Positions 19,849 to 29,985 are shown, numbered from the stretch's first letter. The stretch is 64,000 bases of DNA from Thermoplasmatota archaeon (GCA_041601615.1 JBFIHX010000007.1:11853-75852); one strand, 5' to 3'. The notes: generated from the letters alone by a model not told the origin. Translations and numbers: made by a program.

Positions 19849-19991
19849 GCAGCGCTGCCATGCGGGCTCGACTTTAGAACGGCGTCGTCACGGCCCGGCG
19901 AGCACTGGGAATTCCGCGCCGTCTTAGTTTGTGCCGGCAATCGGCCAAAGTCCGCCAAAATAGGGATATACGGGAACGTCTCGGCTCAACC

Positions 19992-20132
19992 ATGGTCCTC
20001 CGAACGATTGACGCCTACTGCGCCCGCTGCAAAGACCCGACGCGGCACGAGGTCGCCCAAAACGACCCCGGCAGCGCACTTTGTTTGACGTGCGGCACCG
20101 TGCAGCCCTTGGTCTCTCCTGTGGAAGGCTAG
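19992..20132 (+). CDS. zinc-ribbon microprotein (46 aa)
   Basis: CARC...CLTCG; directly abuts the next gene. Confidence 0.6.
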   Translation: MVLRTIDAYCARCKDPTRHEVAQNDPGSALCLTCGTVQPLVSPVEG

Positions 20133-20780
20133 ATGGGCGCACGCAGACTCACCATTGCGGCGGTCCTTCTAGGCGCCTTCAGCCTCCTCACGGCAGTGTT
20201 TGCAGCGCCCGTGGTGCTCAATGTTGCGTTCCAACCAGACAGCACCACCAATCTACCAGGTGGAATTCTTGTGGTGGAAATCCTCGACGGCAATCGACCG
20301 ATCAGCGGAGCCAACGTCTCCATCTCCGCCGTGGATGGTTCGTGGACCGAAACGTGCAGCACGGACAGCTACGGTCTATGCGCCTTTGATCCCCTCCCCG
20401 GTGCCAAGGGAACCGTCACGGCCGGCAATGCCACTCGCGCTTTCTTCTTGCCCCAGAGCCAGTTTGGGCGCTGGGACCGCAACCTTGGCGAGGACGACGA
20501 AGGCGCACCGATTGGCCTTGGCCCCGTCGATGCGCTGCCCTCGGCCCTCGTGCTTGTGGCCAGTCTCTTCGGGTTTGCGGCTGCCATTTCCATGTGGAAG
20601 CGTGCCTCAGCTCGGCTCGCCTTGCTTGGCGTCGGCTTGAGCCTCTTGGCACACTTGTGGGTGTTCCTGCCCATGGGGTTGGCCATTGCTGGATTTGCCG
20701 GCTACGCCCTCGTCAAGGATGCGGCGCAGTTTGGAACCGTGCCGCTGGATGACGTGGACACGGACGAGGAAGAAGAATAA
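20133..20780 (+). CDS. membrane protein with carboxypeptidase-regulatory-like beta domain
   Basis: PISGANVSI...TDSYG motif plus TM helices. Confidence 0.65.
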   Translation: MGARRLTIAAVLLGAFSLLTAVFAAPVVLNVAFQPDSTTNLPGGILVVEILDGNRPISGANVSISAVDGSWTETCSTDSYGLCAFDPLPGAKGTVTAGNATRAFFLPQSQFGRWDRNLGEDDEGAPIGLGPVDALPSALVLVASLFGFAAAISMWKRASARLALLGVGLSLLAHLWVFLPMGLAIAGFAGYALVKDAAQFGTVPLDDVDTDEEEE

Positions 20781-20799
20781 CCATGAGCCAGCCGGCTCG

Positions 20800-21453
20800 T
20801 CAAAACCAGGCCTTCAGGGGCTCGATGAGCATTGGCCCTTGCGCGTGGCTGTCTCCAACCGCCTTGTCCACCGCGTGGCCGTCCAAAACCTCCTTGGCCG
20901 GGCGAGCCAGATCTTCCCAGCCATCAGAGCGGGTCAGCCACCTCGACGCTTCTTCGGGCTCCAGCACTACAGGCATCCGATTGTGCAGACCCGCCATGAA
21001 CTGATTCGGAAGACAGGTGAGAATGCTTGCCACAGGTGCAGCCGGAGAACCTCCCACAAGGCCGGCAAACAACAATGGCGATTCGTCCGTGCGCGTGATC
21101 CAAAATGGCGTTTTTGCGGCGCCTGATCCTGTCCATTCGTAGAAACCAGTGGCTGGAATGACGCAATGGTCGCGGCCCCAGTGCGATGCCCACATGGGAC
21201 TGGTTTGCGCCGACTCGATGCGAGCATTGAACACCGGCTTGCCGCCAGGGCCCGGAAAACCCCACTTGGCGACCTCGACTTGAAGCCTGGCGCCGCCCCC
21301 TGCTCCGTCCGCCGTGGCTACGACGATGGGTTGCGTGGGTGCAATGTTGTAGCGCGACTCCACCGCGAGACCTTCTTGCGGCACGGAGCCGATGGTCCGC
21401 TCATACCAAGCACGCATCGGCCCGGAGAAGATGTACCCGAAGCGTCCGCACAT
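20800..21453 (-). CDS. SOS response-associated peptidase (SRAP/HMCES, abasic-site protection)
   Basis: N-terminal MCGRF, RYNIAPTQ, NARIE, GFYEW, HNRMPV. Confidence 0.92.
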   Translation of the reverse strand: MCGRFGYIFSGPMRAWYERTIGSVPQEGLAVESRYNIAPTQPIVVATADGAGGGARLQVEVAKWGFPGPGGKPVFNARIESAQTSPMWASHWGRDHCVIPATGFYEWTGSGAAKTPFWITRTDESPLLFAGLVGGSPAAPVASILTCLPNQFMAGLHNRMPVVLEPEEASRWLTRSDGWEDLARPAKEVLDGHAVDKAVGDSHAQGPMLIEPLKAWF

Positions 21454-21506
21454 GTGACGGCCATGGGCAGCGAGAGTATTGGAACCACGCGGCCCAGCAT
21501 CGGCGA

Positions 21507-22469
21507 TTATGCGAAGGTGACCGCGCCGACAACGCGCTGCGGCTTGTTGTCCACATGCCACATGACTCCTTGCTCGCCGGGCGCGTACACGAGGCCCTTT
21601 TGCAAAACACCCGTCACTTGCGCATCCTGGCCCGCCGCGGGTGCCGCTTCGTCGAGGCGAACAGGAACGAACTGCATGCCCGTGCCCACATGGACAACAC
21701 TACCGGCATCCAAGGGCTGCTTGCTGTACGGACTGCGGCGCAGCTGGAATGTCACTTTCTCGCCGGTTTTTTTGGCCACGAGCGGCGCGTCGCTGGGTGC
21801 AAGAACCATGCCTCGATCCAGCATGTCCGCCTTGGTGTTGCGAAGAGCAAGCCCCACGCGGTCGCCGGGGACAGCTTGGGGCACGTCCACGTCGTGGCAC
21901 TGAATGCTGCGCACCGGGCAAATCACCTTGTCGGGCCAGGCGTACAAAGTGTCGCCCTTGTGCAGCGTGCCCTTCTTGACGACTCCGAGAATCACGGCGC
22001 CGACACCTTTGACATCGAAATGGTGGTCGATCGGCACAACCACCGCAGCGTCAGTCTCGGTGCGCTCTGGCGCTTCGGCCAAATGGGCACGAACGCGAGG
22101 CCAGTCTTCCTCAGTCAGCAAGAGCCACGATTCGAGGTGGGTGCCCTTGAGAAGCGGCGCCACTTGCTCGGGTTGAAGGTAGTCTTGGAGCACAATCACG
22201 CCGTGTTTGATGCCGGCAGCGTCGGCGGCAAGAATCTGTTCGCCCATGGCCGCATCCATTTTCGGAATGACCAGAACCGCCGCGTCAACGCCCGTTACGG
22301 TGTAGCTCAGGCACTTGAGTTGGTCCGGGTAGCGCGCCGGCACGAGCACCGTAACGTCGCGGCCGGCCTCCTTGAAGTCGTGCAAATGAATGTCGCTCTG
22401 GGTCCCTACCTTGCCGAGTTCACGGCGGGCTTCCAGGTTGCCTAGCAATGCAACGGTGAGACCGGGCAC
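21507..22469 (-). CDS. EF-Tu/SelB domain II-like protein with degenerate G domain
   Basis: PIDHHFDVKGVGAVILG, RSIQ.HD, GDRVGLAL; no intact GxxxxGK(S/T). Confidence 0.8.
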   Translation of the reverse strand: MPGLTVALLGNLEARRELGKVGTQSDIHLHDFKEAGRDVTVLVPARYPDQLKCLSYTVTGVDAAVLVIPKMDAAMGEQILAADAAGIKHGVIVLQDYLQPEQVAPLLKGTHLESWLLLTEEDWPRVRAHLAEAPERTETDAAVVVPIDHHFDVKGVGAVILGVVKKGTLHKGDTLYAWPDKVICPVRSIQCHDVDVPQAVPGDRVGLALRNTKADMLDRGMVLAPSDAPLVAKKTGEKVTFQLRRSPYSKQPLDAGSVVHVGTGMQFVPVRLDEAAPAAGQDAQVTGVLQKGLVYAPGEQGVMWHVDNKPQRVVGAVTFA

Positions 22470-22521
22470 GGGCGCGCCACCGGGGCCGGATACATATTCG
22501 TTGGCAGGGCCGTGGCTCCGG

Positions 22522-23370
22522 CTAGCCTTGGGCTCCGTAGGCGCGCCAGACCTCATTCATGGCGTTCTGCGTATTCACGAAAAGGATGATGATGAACACC
22601 AATGCAGTCACAGCCACAAGGGCACCGAGGATGGGAATCCCGCTGATGATGGCACTACAGTAGTAGAAAATCAGGAAAAACAACATCGTCCCCGCGGCAA
22701 TGGGCGTGCGCCCGATGCGAGTCTGGGCCTGTGCCGTAGTTTTCCAGAGCCGGTCCATCCCGATGATGTGCAGGATGGCGGCCACGAGTTGGATGATGCC
22801 TCCGATCGCGATGATCACAAGAGCCGCCAACACTTGCGTGATGAATTCCTCCATTTGCTCGTCCGAAAGATCGGAGCCTTCGGATTCCATGACCAAATCA
22901 AGATAGGGAACAAACGCCATCAGGCCACCAATGAAGAGGATGACGCTCGCGACGGCCCCCAGAATGACATAGAGGCGCAAGGGTTTGCCCACATTCGCAT
23001 CCTCCTGGAAGGCGTCCATTTCCGCGCCTGCTTTCCAGTGCCACACGAGGCCGTAGATGCCGAAGGTGACGACATACAGCAGAAAATTGATGCCGGGGCT
23101 ACGAATCTTTCCCGGTTTCGCGCCCGACGCCGATCCAGTCATGGCGGCAGCAGGCGCTTGCGGCGCACCATAGGGATTGTGTTCGGGTGAAAGGCCGCCC
23201 GATGGCCAGGGATTCGGTGCCTGTGCTCCTGCGGGAGGCGCTGCAGGGATGGCCGAATCGGTGGGTGCACGTCCTGCCGGCGCTCCGAATCCACATTGGA
23301 AACACTCTGGCGGTTCGCCTGCGGCAATTTCGACGACGGTGGAACAACGGGGGCAACGGACGCGAGGCAT
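22522..23370 (-). CDS. zinc-ribbon membrane protein with DUF4234-like segment
   Basis: CPRC...CFQCG, Pro/Ala linker, VTFGIYGLVW, TM helices. Confidence 0.7.
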   Translation of the reverse strand: MPRVRCPRCSTVVEIAAGEPPECFQCGFGAPAGRAPTDSAIPAAPPAGAQAPNPWPSGGLSPEHNPYGAPQAPAAAMTGSASGAKPGKIRSPGINFLLYVVTFGIYGLVWHWKAGAEMDAFQEDANVGKPLRLYVILGAVASVILFIGGLMAFVPYLDLVMESEGSDLSDEQMEEFITQVLAALVIIAIGGIIQLVAAILHIIGMDRLWKTTAQAQTRIGRTPIAAGTMLFFLIFYYCSAIISGIPILGALVAVTALVFIIILFVNTQNAMNEVWRAYGAQG

Positions 23371-23463
23371 AGGCATGATGGCCACGGAGCCCGTACTTTA
23401 TCGGTGTGCCGAGACGCAACCGCTTATGGTCGGCGCGGCCTCGCCGGCTTCGTGGAAGAGCGC

Positions 23464-24294
23464 GTGCAGTGCGCCGAGTGCGGCAACCAGTACGATTCCA
23501 ACGAGAACGCCTTCTGTCCGCGCTGCGGCTCTGTCCCGCGTGCCCGAAGCGGCGACGCTGCGGCACCCCCGGCAGCCACCTTGAGGCTGTCCCGGTTGGA
23601 CCCGTCCCTAAGAAGACTGCGCGCCGCAGGCCTGGTGCTGATGATTCTTGGCTCTCTAGCCGCGCTACAATTTCTCTACGTCGTCGCGGTGGCTCCCGGC
23701 CCCGACGAGCAATTTCTGAACGACGTGTCCGATTTGGAACCGTTTGCATCCCAGCCCGGCGGCAAGATTTCCTTGTACATCTCAGGAGGTGCCGGCAACG
23801 AATCCATTGCCGCCACCGCCCCCAATGGCACGGTCATGGCGCAAACAGCGCTCGAAAACGGCAAGGGCTGGTTCAACACCACCCTCGCGACCACATTTTC
23901 CAACATCACCATCACCGACTCGGACCACATCACCCGCGTCCTACTGCGCGTCTACTTGCCCGCCGGAAACGACCTCGATTCGACGGTGGACCTCGCAACC
24001 GTCGACTTCGAGGCCGAGCCAACCTGGCTCGTGGCCGACACCAGCACCGTAGTGCGCACCCTGGCAGGCTTTGCCACGTTCATGGCGCTCGTGGTCGTCG
24101 CGGGTGGCCTCGGAGCGTGGCGGCAACGGACCCGGGGACTTGCCCTGTTGGCAGGCTCCCTCGCGGTGTTTCCGGGCTTGCTCGTGCTGCCGTTCCAATT
24201 CCTAGCCGGAGTACTCCTGTTGCTGCCCGGTGCCATTGCCCTAGCGTTCATCATCGCTGGCCGGCGCCACTTTGTGCGCAAGGACCAGAGCTAA
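23464..24294 (+). CDS. zinc-ribbon membrane protein
   Basis: CAECG...FCPRCG N-terminus; TM helices; extracellular part with NxT sequons. Confidence 0.7.
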   Translation: MQCAECGNQYDSNENAFCPRCGSVPRARSGDAAAPPAATLRLSRLDPSLRRLRAAGLVLMILGSLAALQFLYVVAVAPGPDEQFLNDVSDLEPFASQPGGKISLYISGGAGNESIAATAPNGTVMAQTALENGKGWFNTTLATTFSNITITDSDHITRVLLRVYLPAGNDLDSTVDLATVDFEAEPTWLVADTSTVVRTLAGFATFMALVVVAGGLGAWRQRTRGLALLAGSLAVFPGLLVLPFQFLAGVLLLLPGAIALAFIIAGRRHFVRKDQS

Positions 24295-24439
24295 CACGAA
24301 CGCTCCGCCCAAGCGGGCGCAGGGGATTGGAAACCATGCTCAGACCCGGCTTAAGGCCCACTCGCTGGCCTCGGTGCGAAAGCGGACGCTGCTTCGGTGG
24401 CAGAATCAAGTTCCACTCCCGGCGAGCTTCGAACCGGTT

Positions 24440-25216
24440 TCAGGTGGCGTCCGGCGACTCCAACACTTGCTTTGGCAGCCCATGCAGAGGCGGCAAGACC
24501 TCTTTTTCACCGCATTGCGGACAAACCAAGGCCACTTCTTCATACGGATCGGCTTGAGCATCGAAGGAGTGCTCGTTCGAGCAAGTCACATGCAGAATGC
24601 GCGTCGGAGGCCGCACGGGGCGCTTCCAAGGCAGCAACGGGGTGCTGCCGCCCAAATCCCGCACTTCTTGGCGAGCCTGGGCAACCCCCTCAAAGCCACT
24701 CATCCGCTGGCGCCAGCGGTCCTGGCGTTGGCGCTGGCGACGGTCAAACCGGCTGCCCGTGACGTACGAATCCAAGCGAGCCGCCTCCAATTCCTTGAGA
24801 AACTCAGGATCGCTTTGGAGGCCCACATCGATATCGATGGCGTGGCTCGGGTCCGCCTTTTCCAGGGCCCAGTACTTATTGAGCCGGTCCTGACTCCAAC
24901 CAATGAACGCGGCGTTGCCCAGAATCGGCACCAATCCGAAGGCGCAGAGCGCCGGCGTCGGCCCATACCCTAGGTCCGAGTCGCTCAGAACATGGTTCAA
25001 TCGCGCCGCCGTCTGGCACTGCACAATGAACGGACCAATGATGGGCAGCAAAAGCAGAACCAGATTCAAGCGGTGGTTCAAACCGAGCGCCGCATGCCCG
25101 TCCACCTCTTTGTTGACCCGGTACAACCACACGCGACGCGTGACGCCCAGCGACAACAGATAGTAGACGATCCGCTTCCAGACCACTCGGTCCCGGCCCA
25201 CGAACACGACGCGCAC
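24440..25216 (-). CDS. DUF4234-like membrane protein with C-terminal zinc ribbon
   Basis: SLGV...WLYRVNKE, QDRLNKYW; CSNEH...CPQCG. Confidence 0.65.
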   Translation of the reverse strand: MRVVFVGRDRVVWKRIVYYLLSLGVTRRVWLYRVNKEVDGHAALGLNHRLNLVLLLLPIIGPFIVQCQTAARLNHVLSDSDLGYGPTPALCAFGLVPILGNAAFIGWSQDRLNKYWALEKADPSHAIDIDVGLQSDPEFLKELEAARLDSYVTGSRFDRRQRQRQDRWRQRMSGFEGVAQARQEVRDLGGSTPLLPWKRPVRPPTRILHVTCSNEHSFDAQADPYEEVALVCPQCGEKEVLPPLHGLPKQVLESPDAT

Positions 25217-25350
25217 AAACCGCCCACGCAGCCGCCACGATATGATGTGTTCGGAGGAAGCGCATGAGCGATTGCAGCAGCGCCAGCGTCATGCGACGCT
25301 TTTTCTAGGGCTCCACAACCCTTAACACGATGTGCTCCAACCCCTGATTC

Positions 25351-26499
25351 ATGAGTCTCAAGGCCGCACTGGTGGCCCTCCTGATGGCCAGCGTCGCTCT
25401 TGCCGGTTGCAGCGGCAGCGCCGACGACGGTGCCCCGTTCACGGTCAAGCAAGCCAAGGACCCCATCACCGAACCATTCACCTTCACAGCCAAGGTCAAC
25501 GCTGACGAATACAAGTGGGAACTCGGCGACGGCAAGGCCCCCAAATTCGGCAAGACCATCGAGTACGTCTACGGCTTCACCGACGGGGAAGTGCGCGCCA
25601 AGCTCACCACCACCAAGGACACCGTCGTCACAGTCCACCCCGCCAAGACCCTCGTGCTCGGCTCGGGCCAAAACGCCAAGCCGGCGTTCCAACTCGACGT
25701 GGAACACAACTGGGTCCAAGCCGGCGAACAAGTCACCCTCAGTGGCGCCAGCAGCACCGACGCCGACAACGATCCGCTGCTCTTCAACTGGTTCTGCGTG
25801 CGTCAAAGCGACATCGGACCCGCCGGCGCCGGACACGCCCACGGCCCCGGAGGAGTCGCCTATGGCTCGACTGGACCCGACCCGATTCCCGCTCGCGTCC
25901 TCAACGGCACCGACGTCCCCGCCGCCGACCGCAACGTGCAAGGCGACTTGTGCGCCAACATGGCAGGCGACGGCTTCTTCAGCACCAATGCCACCCTGCG
26001 CGGCGCATTCGAGACCGCCGGCATCTACAAAGTGACCATGCTGGCCAAGGACCCCAAAACCTCCAGCCTGCCCGGCAGCATCCTCATCTACGTCACGGAC
26101 GCACCGCGCCAAACCGAAGTGGAAGTCATCGAACTCACCGGCAGCCTCGGCACCGGCAAACCCGCCGAACTCGACGGTCTTGCATGCCAAGAGAACATCA
26201 ACCAATGCGACCACCTGGCAGACGAGCGCTTCCAAGTCCTGTACCCCGTCTTGGGCTTCAAGTCCGAAGTTGCGTCCAGTTCCAACGTTGGCCAGGCACT
26301 CTTTTCGTCCTGCTCCAGCGAGAAGGCCTCGGAAACCACCGACGCCATCACCGGCAGTGTCGCGTACCTCGACCCGGGCCAACACTGCCTGCGTGTCTAC
26401 AACCGCAGCAACGGTGCCAGCGCCGACTACACGCTGACCCTGACGTTCCAATACGTCACGGACCCAGTGCTCCTGTTTGACGACCCCAACGGCCACTGA
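25351..26499 (+). CDS. PKD-domain lipoprotein
   Basis: LAGC lipobox; YKWELGDG; LSGASSTDADND..FNW. Confidence 0.8.
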   Translation: MSLKAALVALLMASVALAGCSGSADDGAPFTVKQAKDPITEPFTFTAKVNADEYKWELGDGKAPKFGKTIEYVYGFTDGEVRAKLTTTKDTVVTVHPAKTLVLGSGQNAKPAFQLDVEHNWVQAGEQVTLSGASSTDADNDPLLFNWFCVRQSDIGPAGAGHAHGPGGVAYGSTGPDPIPARVLNGTDVPAADRNVQGDLCANMAGDGFFSTNATLRGAFETAGIYKVTMLAKDPKTSSLPGSILIYVTDAPRQTEVEVIELTGSLGTGKPAELDGLACQENINQCDHLADERFQVLYPVLGFKSEVASSSNVGQALFSSCSSEKASETTDAITGSVAYLDPGQHCLRVYNRSNGASADYTLTLTFQYVTDPVLLFDDPNGH

Positions 26500-26520
26500 A
26501 CCAGGAACTCGGAGGCGAAC

Positions 26521-26670
26521 CCCACGCCCCCAATCCCTCCTTGATCCCTCCTCCTCTCTCCTCATCCCTTCCTCATCCACACTCCTCCACCCCCATTCCA
26601 TCCCTGTCTCATCCACCCCCATTCCATCCTTTCCTCCTCCACATTCGTTTCCTTGCATTCCCCTCGCATG
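26521..26670 (+). other. C/T-rich, G-depleted tract (possible terminator region)
   Basis: About 150 nt with very few G, directly after a stop codon. Confidence 0.45.
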
Positions 26671-26907
26671 TTTGGCACCCCATTTTGGGCTCCAAACCCG
26701 ACGAAACACCTGACGGACCCCCGCGCAACAAAACGGGAAATCGCGCCACGAGCACCCCTTCCGTCGGACCCGGGACACAACCCTTATGCAGCACGGCTCC
26801 AACGCCAGAGCGAACGCGTCCGCCGCCCAGCCCAGCCGCAGACTTCACCAACCCGCACGGAAGGTATGAGTAGCGGCAAAGACAGGTGGACCCCTCGAGG
26901 AACCCCC

Positions 26908-28623
26908 ATGCGACGAACAGCCCCCCTGATTGCCCTCGCCATGCTCACCCTCACCCTCTCTGGGTGTTTCGGCGGCAGCGACGACGGCTTCGACTACACG
27001 CCGGGCTCCGGCTTCAAGCCCACCGGCAACACCGTCCACCTCAAGGCGAGCGTCGTCGACTGGACCATGCACCAAATCTACCCCGGCTTCGTCGCCAACC
27101 TCTGGGCATTCTGCTTCGAGGCAGCCGACCCCACCGACACCTACAGCGCCAACGCCATCGAATACTGGCCCGGCGTTGCCACGGACGGCAGCGTGGGAGA
27201 AGGCTACGAACCCTTCGACGGCAAATGCAGCGTACCCGGACCCACCCTCCGCGTCCAACAAGGCGACCGCGTCATCGTGGACTTCGCCCACAACCACTTC
27301 CACGCCCACACCATCCACTGGCACGGCCAACACACCCCCTGGGAAGACGACGGCGCACCCGGCGTCAACCAAGACAGCGTCCAACCCGGCGAAAGCTTCA
27401 CCTACGACTTCGTTGCCAAGCGCGCCGGCAGCCTCTGGTACCACTGCCACGTCGACACCCAATTCCACGTCATGCAAGGCCTCTACGGCGTCTTCATCGT
27501 CGAACCCCAAGACGACCGCATGGAACCAGAAGTGGACGAAGAATACATCCTCGTCTACTCCAGCCTCAACCGCGAACACGTCCAAGTGACCCCCGAACGC
27601 CTCGCAGACCCCCACAAAGACCACCGCCACAAAGCCGGTGAATGCGGCGCCAGCGGCATCCAAAACTGCCAGAACCCGCCCATCGACGTCACCCCCGACA
27701 CCTGGATGCTCAATGGCCGAAGCCTGCCCTTCAGCGTCGAAGACCCAGCCAGCGTAGTGCGGCTTGACGAAGGCGACACCGTCCGATTGCGCCTGTTCAA
27801 CATGGGCGAGACCTTCGAAACCATCCACACCCACGGCCACGACATGCTCGTGACCCACCGCGACGGCAACCCGCTCCAACCCGAGGCACAATTCTGGGTC
27901 GACACCCTCACCATCGGCCCCGCCGAGCGCTACGACGTGCTCATCTTCGGCGACAACCCCGGCCTCTGGATGATGCACTCCCACGTCGACCACCACGTCA
28001 CCAACGACCACATGGCCCCCGGCGGCGCCATGGGCATCATCGCCTACCGAGACGTAGAGGCGGAAGTCGGCAGCCTGCGACCCTTTGCCGCAGAACTTGC
28101 AGGCGGCCTCGCATACACGACGCCCCTGGCCCTCCCCGGCGATGTCTACCGCACCACCGGCGAGCTGAACGTGGGTGAAGCAAGCATCCCGATCAGTACC
28201 GTCGGCGACAACGTCCAAGAATCCCTCGGATTCGACGTGGGCCTCCCCTGCGCGGCCCGCAGCATCCAAGTGGTTGCAGCCTACGACACCGGCGTCTTCA
28301 ATGGCATCCCCAACATCCCCCGGGACCTCACCCTGCGACTCCGCGACGGCAACGGCGACTTGATCGAAGGCGCCGAAATCGCCCTCGTTGCAGGCCAATC
28401 CAGGAACATCACCCTGGTGGACGTGGCGGTCGTGCCCCTGCTTGCCCCCGGCACCTGGACCGCAGAAGTCAACGGCAACAGCATCCAGGGCACCCTGAAG
28501 ATCGACGCCATCGTTGACAACTTCGAGACCGAGGAGAAGGTGTTCTACGAAGACGCCAACCGCAACGTGCGAGGCACCGACTGCGACCCGGCCCAGCGCG
28601 TCTTCAACCCGCTCAACCCGTAA
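26908..28623 (+). CDS. two-domain multicopper oxidase lipoprotein with C-terminal extension
   Basis: LSGC lipobox; HTIHWHG, WYHCH..H, IHTHGH, WMMHSH copper motifs. Confidence 0.9.
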   Translation: MRRTAPLIALAMLTLTLSGCFGGSDDGFDYTPGSGFKPTGNTVHLKASVVDWTMHQIYPGFVANLWAFCFEAADPTDTYSANAIEYWPGVATDGSVGEGYEPFDGKCSVPGPTLRVQQGDRVIVDFAHNHFHAHTIHWHGQHTPWEDDGAPGVNQDSVQPGESFTYDFVAKRAGSLWYHCHVDTQFHVMQGLYGVFIVEPQDDRMEPEVDEEYILVYSSLNREHVQVTPERLADPHKDHRHKAGECGASGIQNCQNPPIDVTPDTWMLNGRSLPFSVEDPASVVRLDEGDTVRLRLFNMGETFETIHTHGHDMLVTHRDGNPLQPEAQFWVDTLTIGPAERYDVLIFGDNPGLWMMHSHVDHHVTNDHMAPGGAMGIIAYRDVEAEVGSLRPFAAELAGGLAYTTPLALPGDVYRTTGELNVGEASIPISTVGDNVQESLGFDVGLPCAARSIQVVAAYDTGVFNGIPNIPRDLTLRLRDGNGDLIEGAEIALVAGQSRNITLVDVAVVPLLAPGTWTAEVNGNSIQGTLKIDAIVDNFETEEKVFYEDANRNVRGTDCDPAQRVFNPLNP

Positions 28624-28639
28624 GCAAGCCGCTTGGAGC

Positions 28640-28790
28640 CTTCTTTCCCCCTCACCCCTCCTCCATCCCGCGATCCTTTCTCCCTTCCTTTCCCCCTTCC
28701 TTTGCCACCCTCCCATCGCATCCCCTCCTCCGCCCCCACGTCTTGATTCATTTCATCCACCATTTCCCCATCAATTCCCCCTCCGCGCCC
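28640..28790 (+). other. C/T-rich, G-depleted tract (possible terminator region)
   Basis: About 150 nt pyrimidine-rich tract after the oxidase stop. Confidence 0.45.
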
Positions 28791-28900
28791 AATTTGCCCC
28801 CGGAATCCGTTCCGCACTCCCGGAATCTTCCATCCGATACCCTAGCATCATTAGGGAAGAATGACGGATTTCTTGAAATTCCCCCCGCGTATGACGGCCC

Positions 28901-29146
28901 ATGCGCGTAGCCCTCATCTTCGCCGCCTTGCTCCTGACCGCCGGCTTCGCCTTCGCCCCCTCCAGCAGTGCCGCAAACTGCGGCGGCACCGTCGACATCG
29001 ACTGCGACGCCTCCTACTGCACCATCTACGCATTCAACGGCATCCGCCCCTACTGCGTCTACGGCGAAAATGGCCACTGCATCGTCTACACATCCGTCAC
29101 CATCGCCAGCATCACCACCAACGCACTCACCTGCATCCCAAACTAG
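28901..29146 (+). CDS. small secreted 6-Cys protein
   Basis: Signal peptide ending SSA; 6 Cys in about 57 mature residues. Confidence 0.65.
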   Translation: MRVALIFAALLLTAGFAFAPSSSAANCGGTVDIDCDASYCTIYAFNGIRPYCVYGENGHCIVYTSVTIASITTNALTCIPN

Positions 29147-29223
29147 TCCCAGCCGCCCCCACCTCTTCCTAAACCCTTAAACCACGGCCAACTTGGCGCA
29201 GCCCGTCCCTGGGAGCGCACGCC

Positions 29224-29799
29224 ATGTACCGTATCATCCAAATGGAAGACACCGTCCGGATCCCGCCCGAGCGGATGACCGACGAACTCACGACGACCAT
29301 CGCTGTGCTTGTGCAGGAATCCTTTGAAGGACGCCTGACCAAAAACCACGGCATCACCGTCCTGACCACCAACGTCCTGCCCAAGGGCCAGGGCAGCGTC
29401 ATCCACGGCGACGGCGCCATCTACCAAAAGGTCGGCTTCGACGCGCTTGTCTTCAAGCCCGACGTTCAAGAAGTCGTGGACGGCATTGTTGCCGAAGTCG
29501 TCGAATTCGGCGCCTTCGTCCACATCGGCCCCCTCGACGCACTCGTCCACATGAGCCAAGTCATGAACGACTTCATGACCGCCGACGTGCACAACGAGCG
29601 CCTGACCGGAAAGGAATCCGGCCGCTTCCTCGATGTTGGCGACAACGTGCGCGCCCGCATCGTCACCGCCAGCCTCAACGAACTCTCGCCCCGCGAATCC
29701 AAGATCGGCTTGACTATGCGCCAGCCCGGTCTCGGCAAATTCGAGTGGATCGAAGAGGACCGCATCCGGGCCCGCGAACAGGCCGCCGCAGGAGCCTAG
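29224..29799 (+). CDS. rpoE1: RNA polymerase subunit Rpo7 (E')
   Basis: VRIPP, GDGAIY, FGAFVHIGPLDAL.H.SQ, IGLTMRQPGLGK. Confidence 0.97.
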   Translation: MYRIIQMEDTVRIPPERMTDELTTTIAVLVQESFEGRLTKNHGITVLTTNVLPKGQGSVIHGDGAIYQKVGFDALVFKPDVQEVVDGIVAEVVEFGAFVHIGPLDALVHMSQVMNDFMTADVHNERLTGKESGRFLDVGDNVRARIVTASLNELSPRESKIGLTMRQPGLGKFEWIEEDRIRAREQAAAGA

Positions 29800-29805
29800 A
29801 ACCCC

Positions 29806-29985
29806 ATGCAGCGCGCTTGCAAGAACGATCACTTCCTCACCGAGGAAGCCATCTGTCCCCTCTGCGGCGGACCCACCAGCAAGAACTGGAGCGGCATCCT
29901 GACCATCATCGACGTAGAAAACAGCCAGATGGCTGAAGCGATGAACGTCACGAAACCCGGCAGCTACGCCCTCAAGGTCCGGTAG
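29806..29985 (+). CDS. spt4: transcription elongation factor Spt4 (RpoE'')
   Basis: Not in the ORF track (59 aa): MQRACKNDHFLTEEAICPLCGGPTSKNWSG...PGSYALKVR; canonical position after rpoE1. Confidence 0.92.
   Translation: MQRACKNDHFLTEEAICPLCGGPTSKNWSGILTIIDVENSQMAEAMNVTKPGSYALKVR

Noticed and set aside
26845-28716. Long antisense ORFs (also 1340-2731, 25078-26802, 31084-32949, 52470-53900)
   Set aside because: Shadows of real genes caused by high GC and strong codon bias; no motifs.
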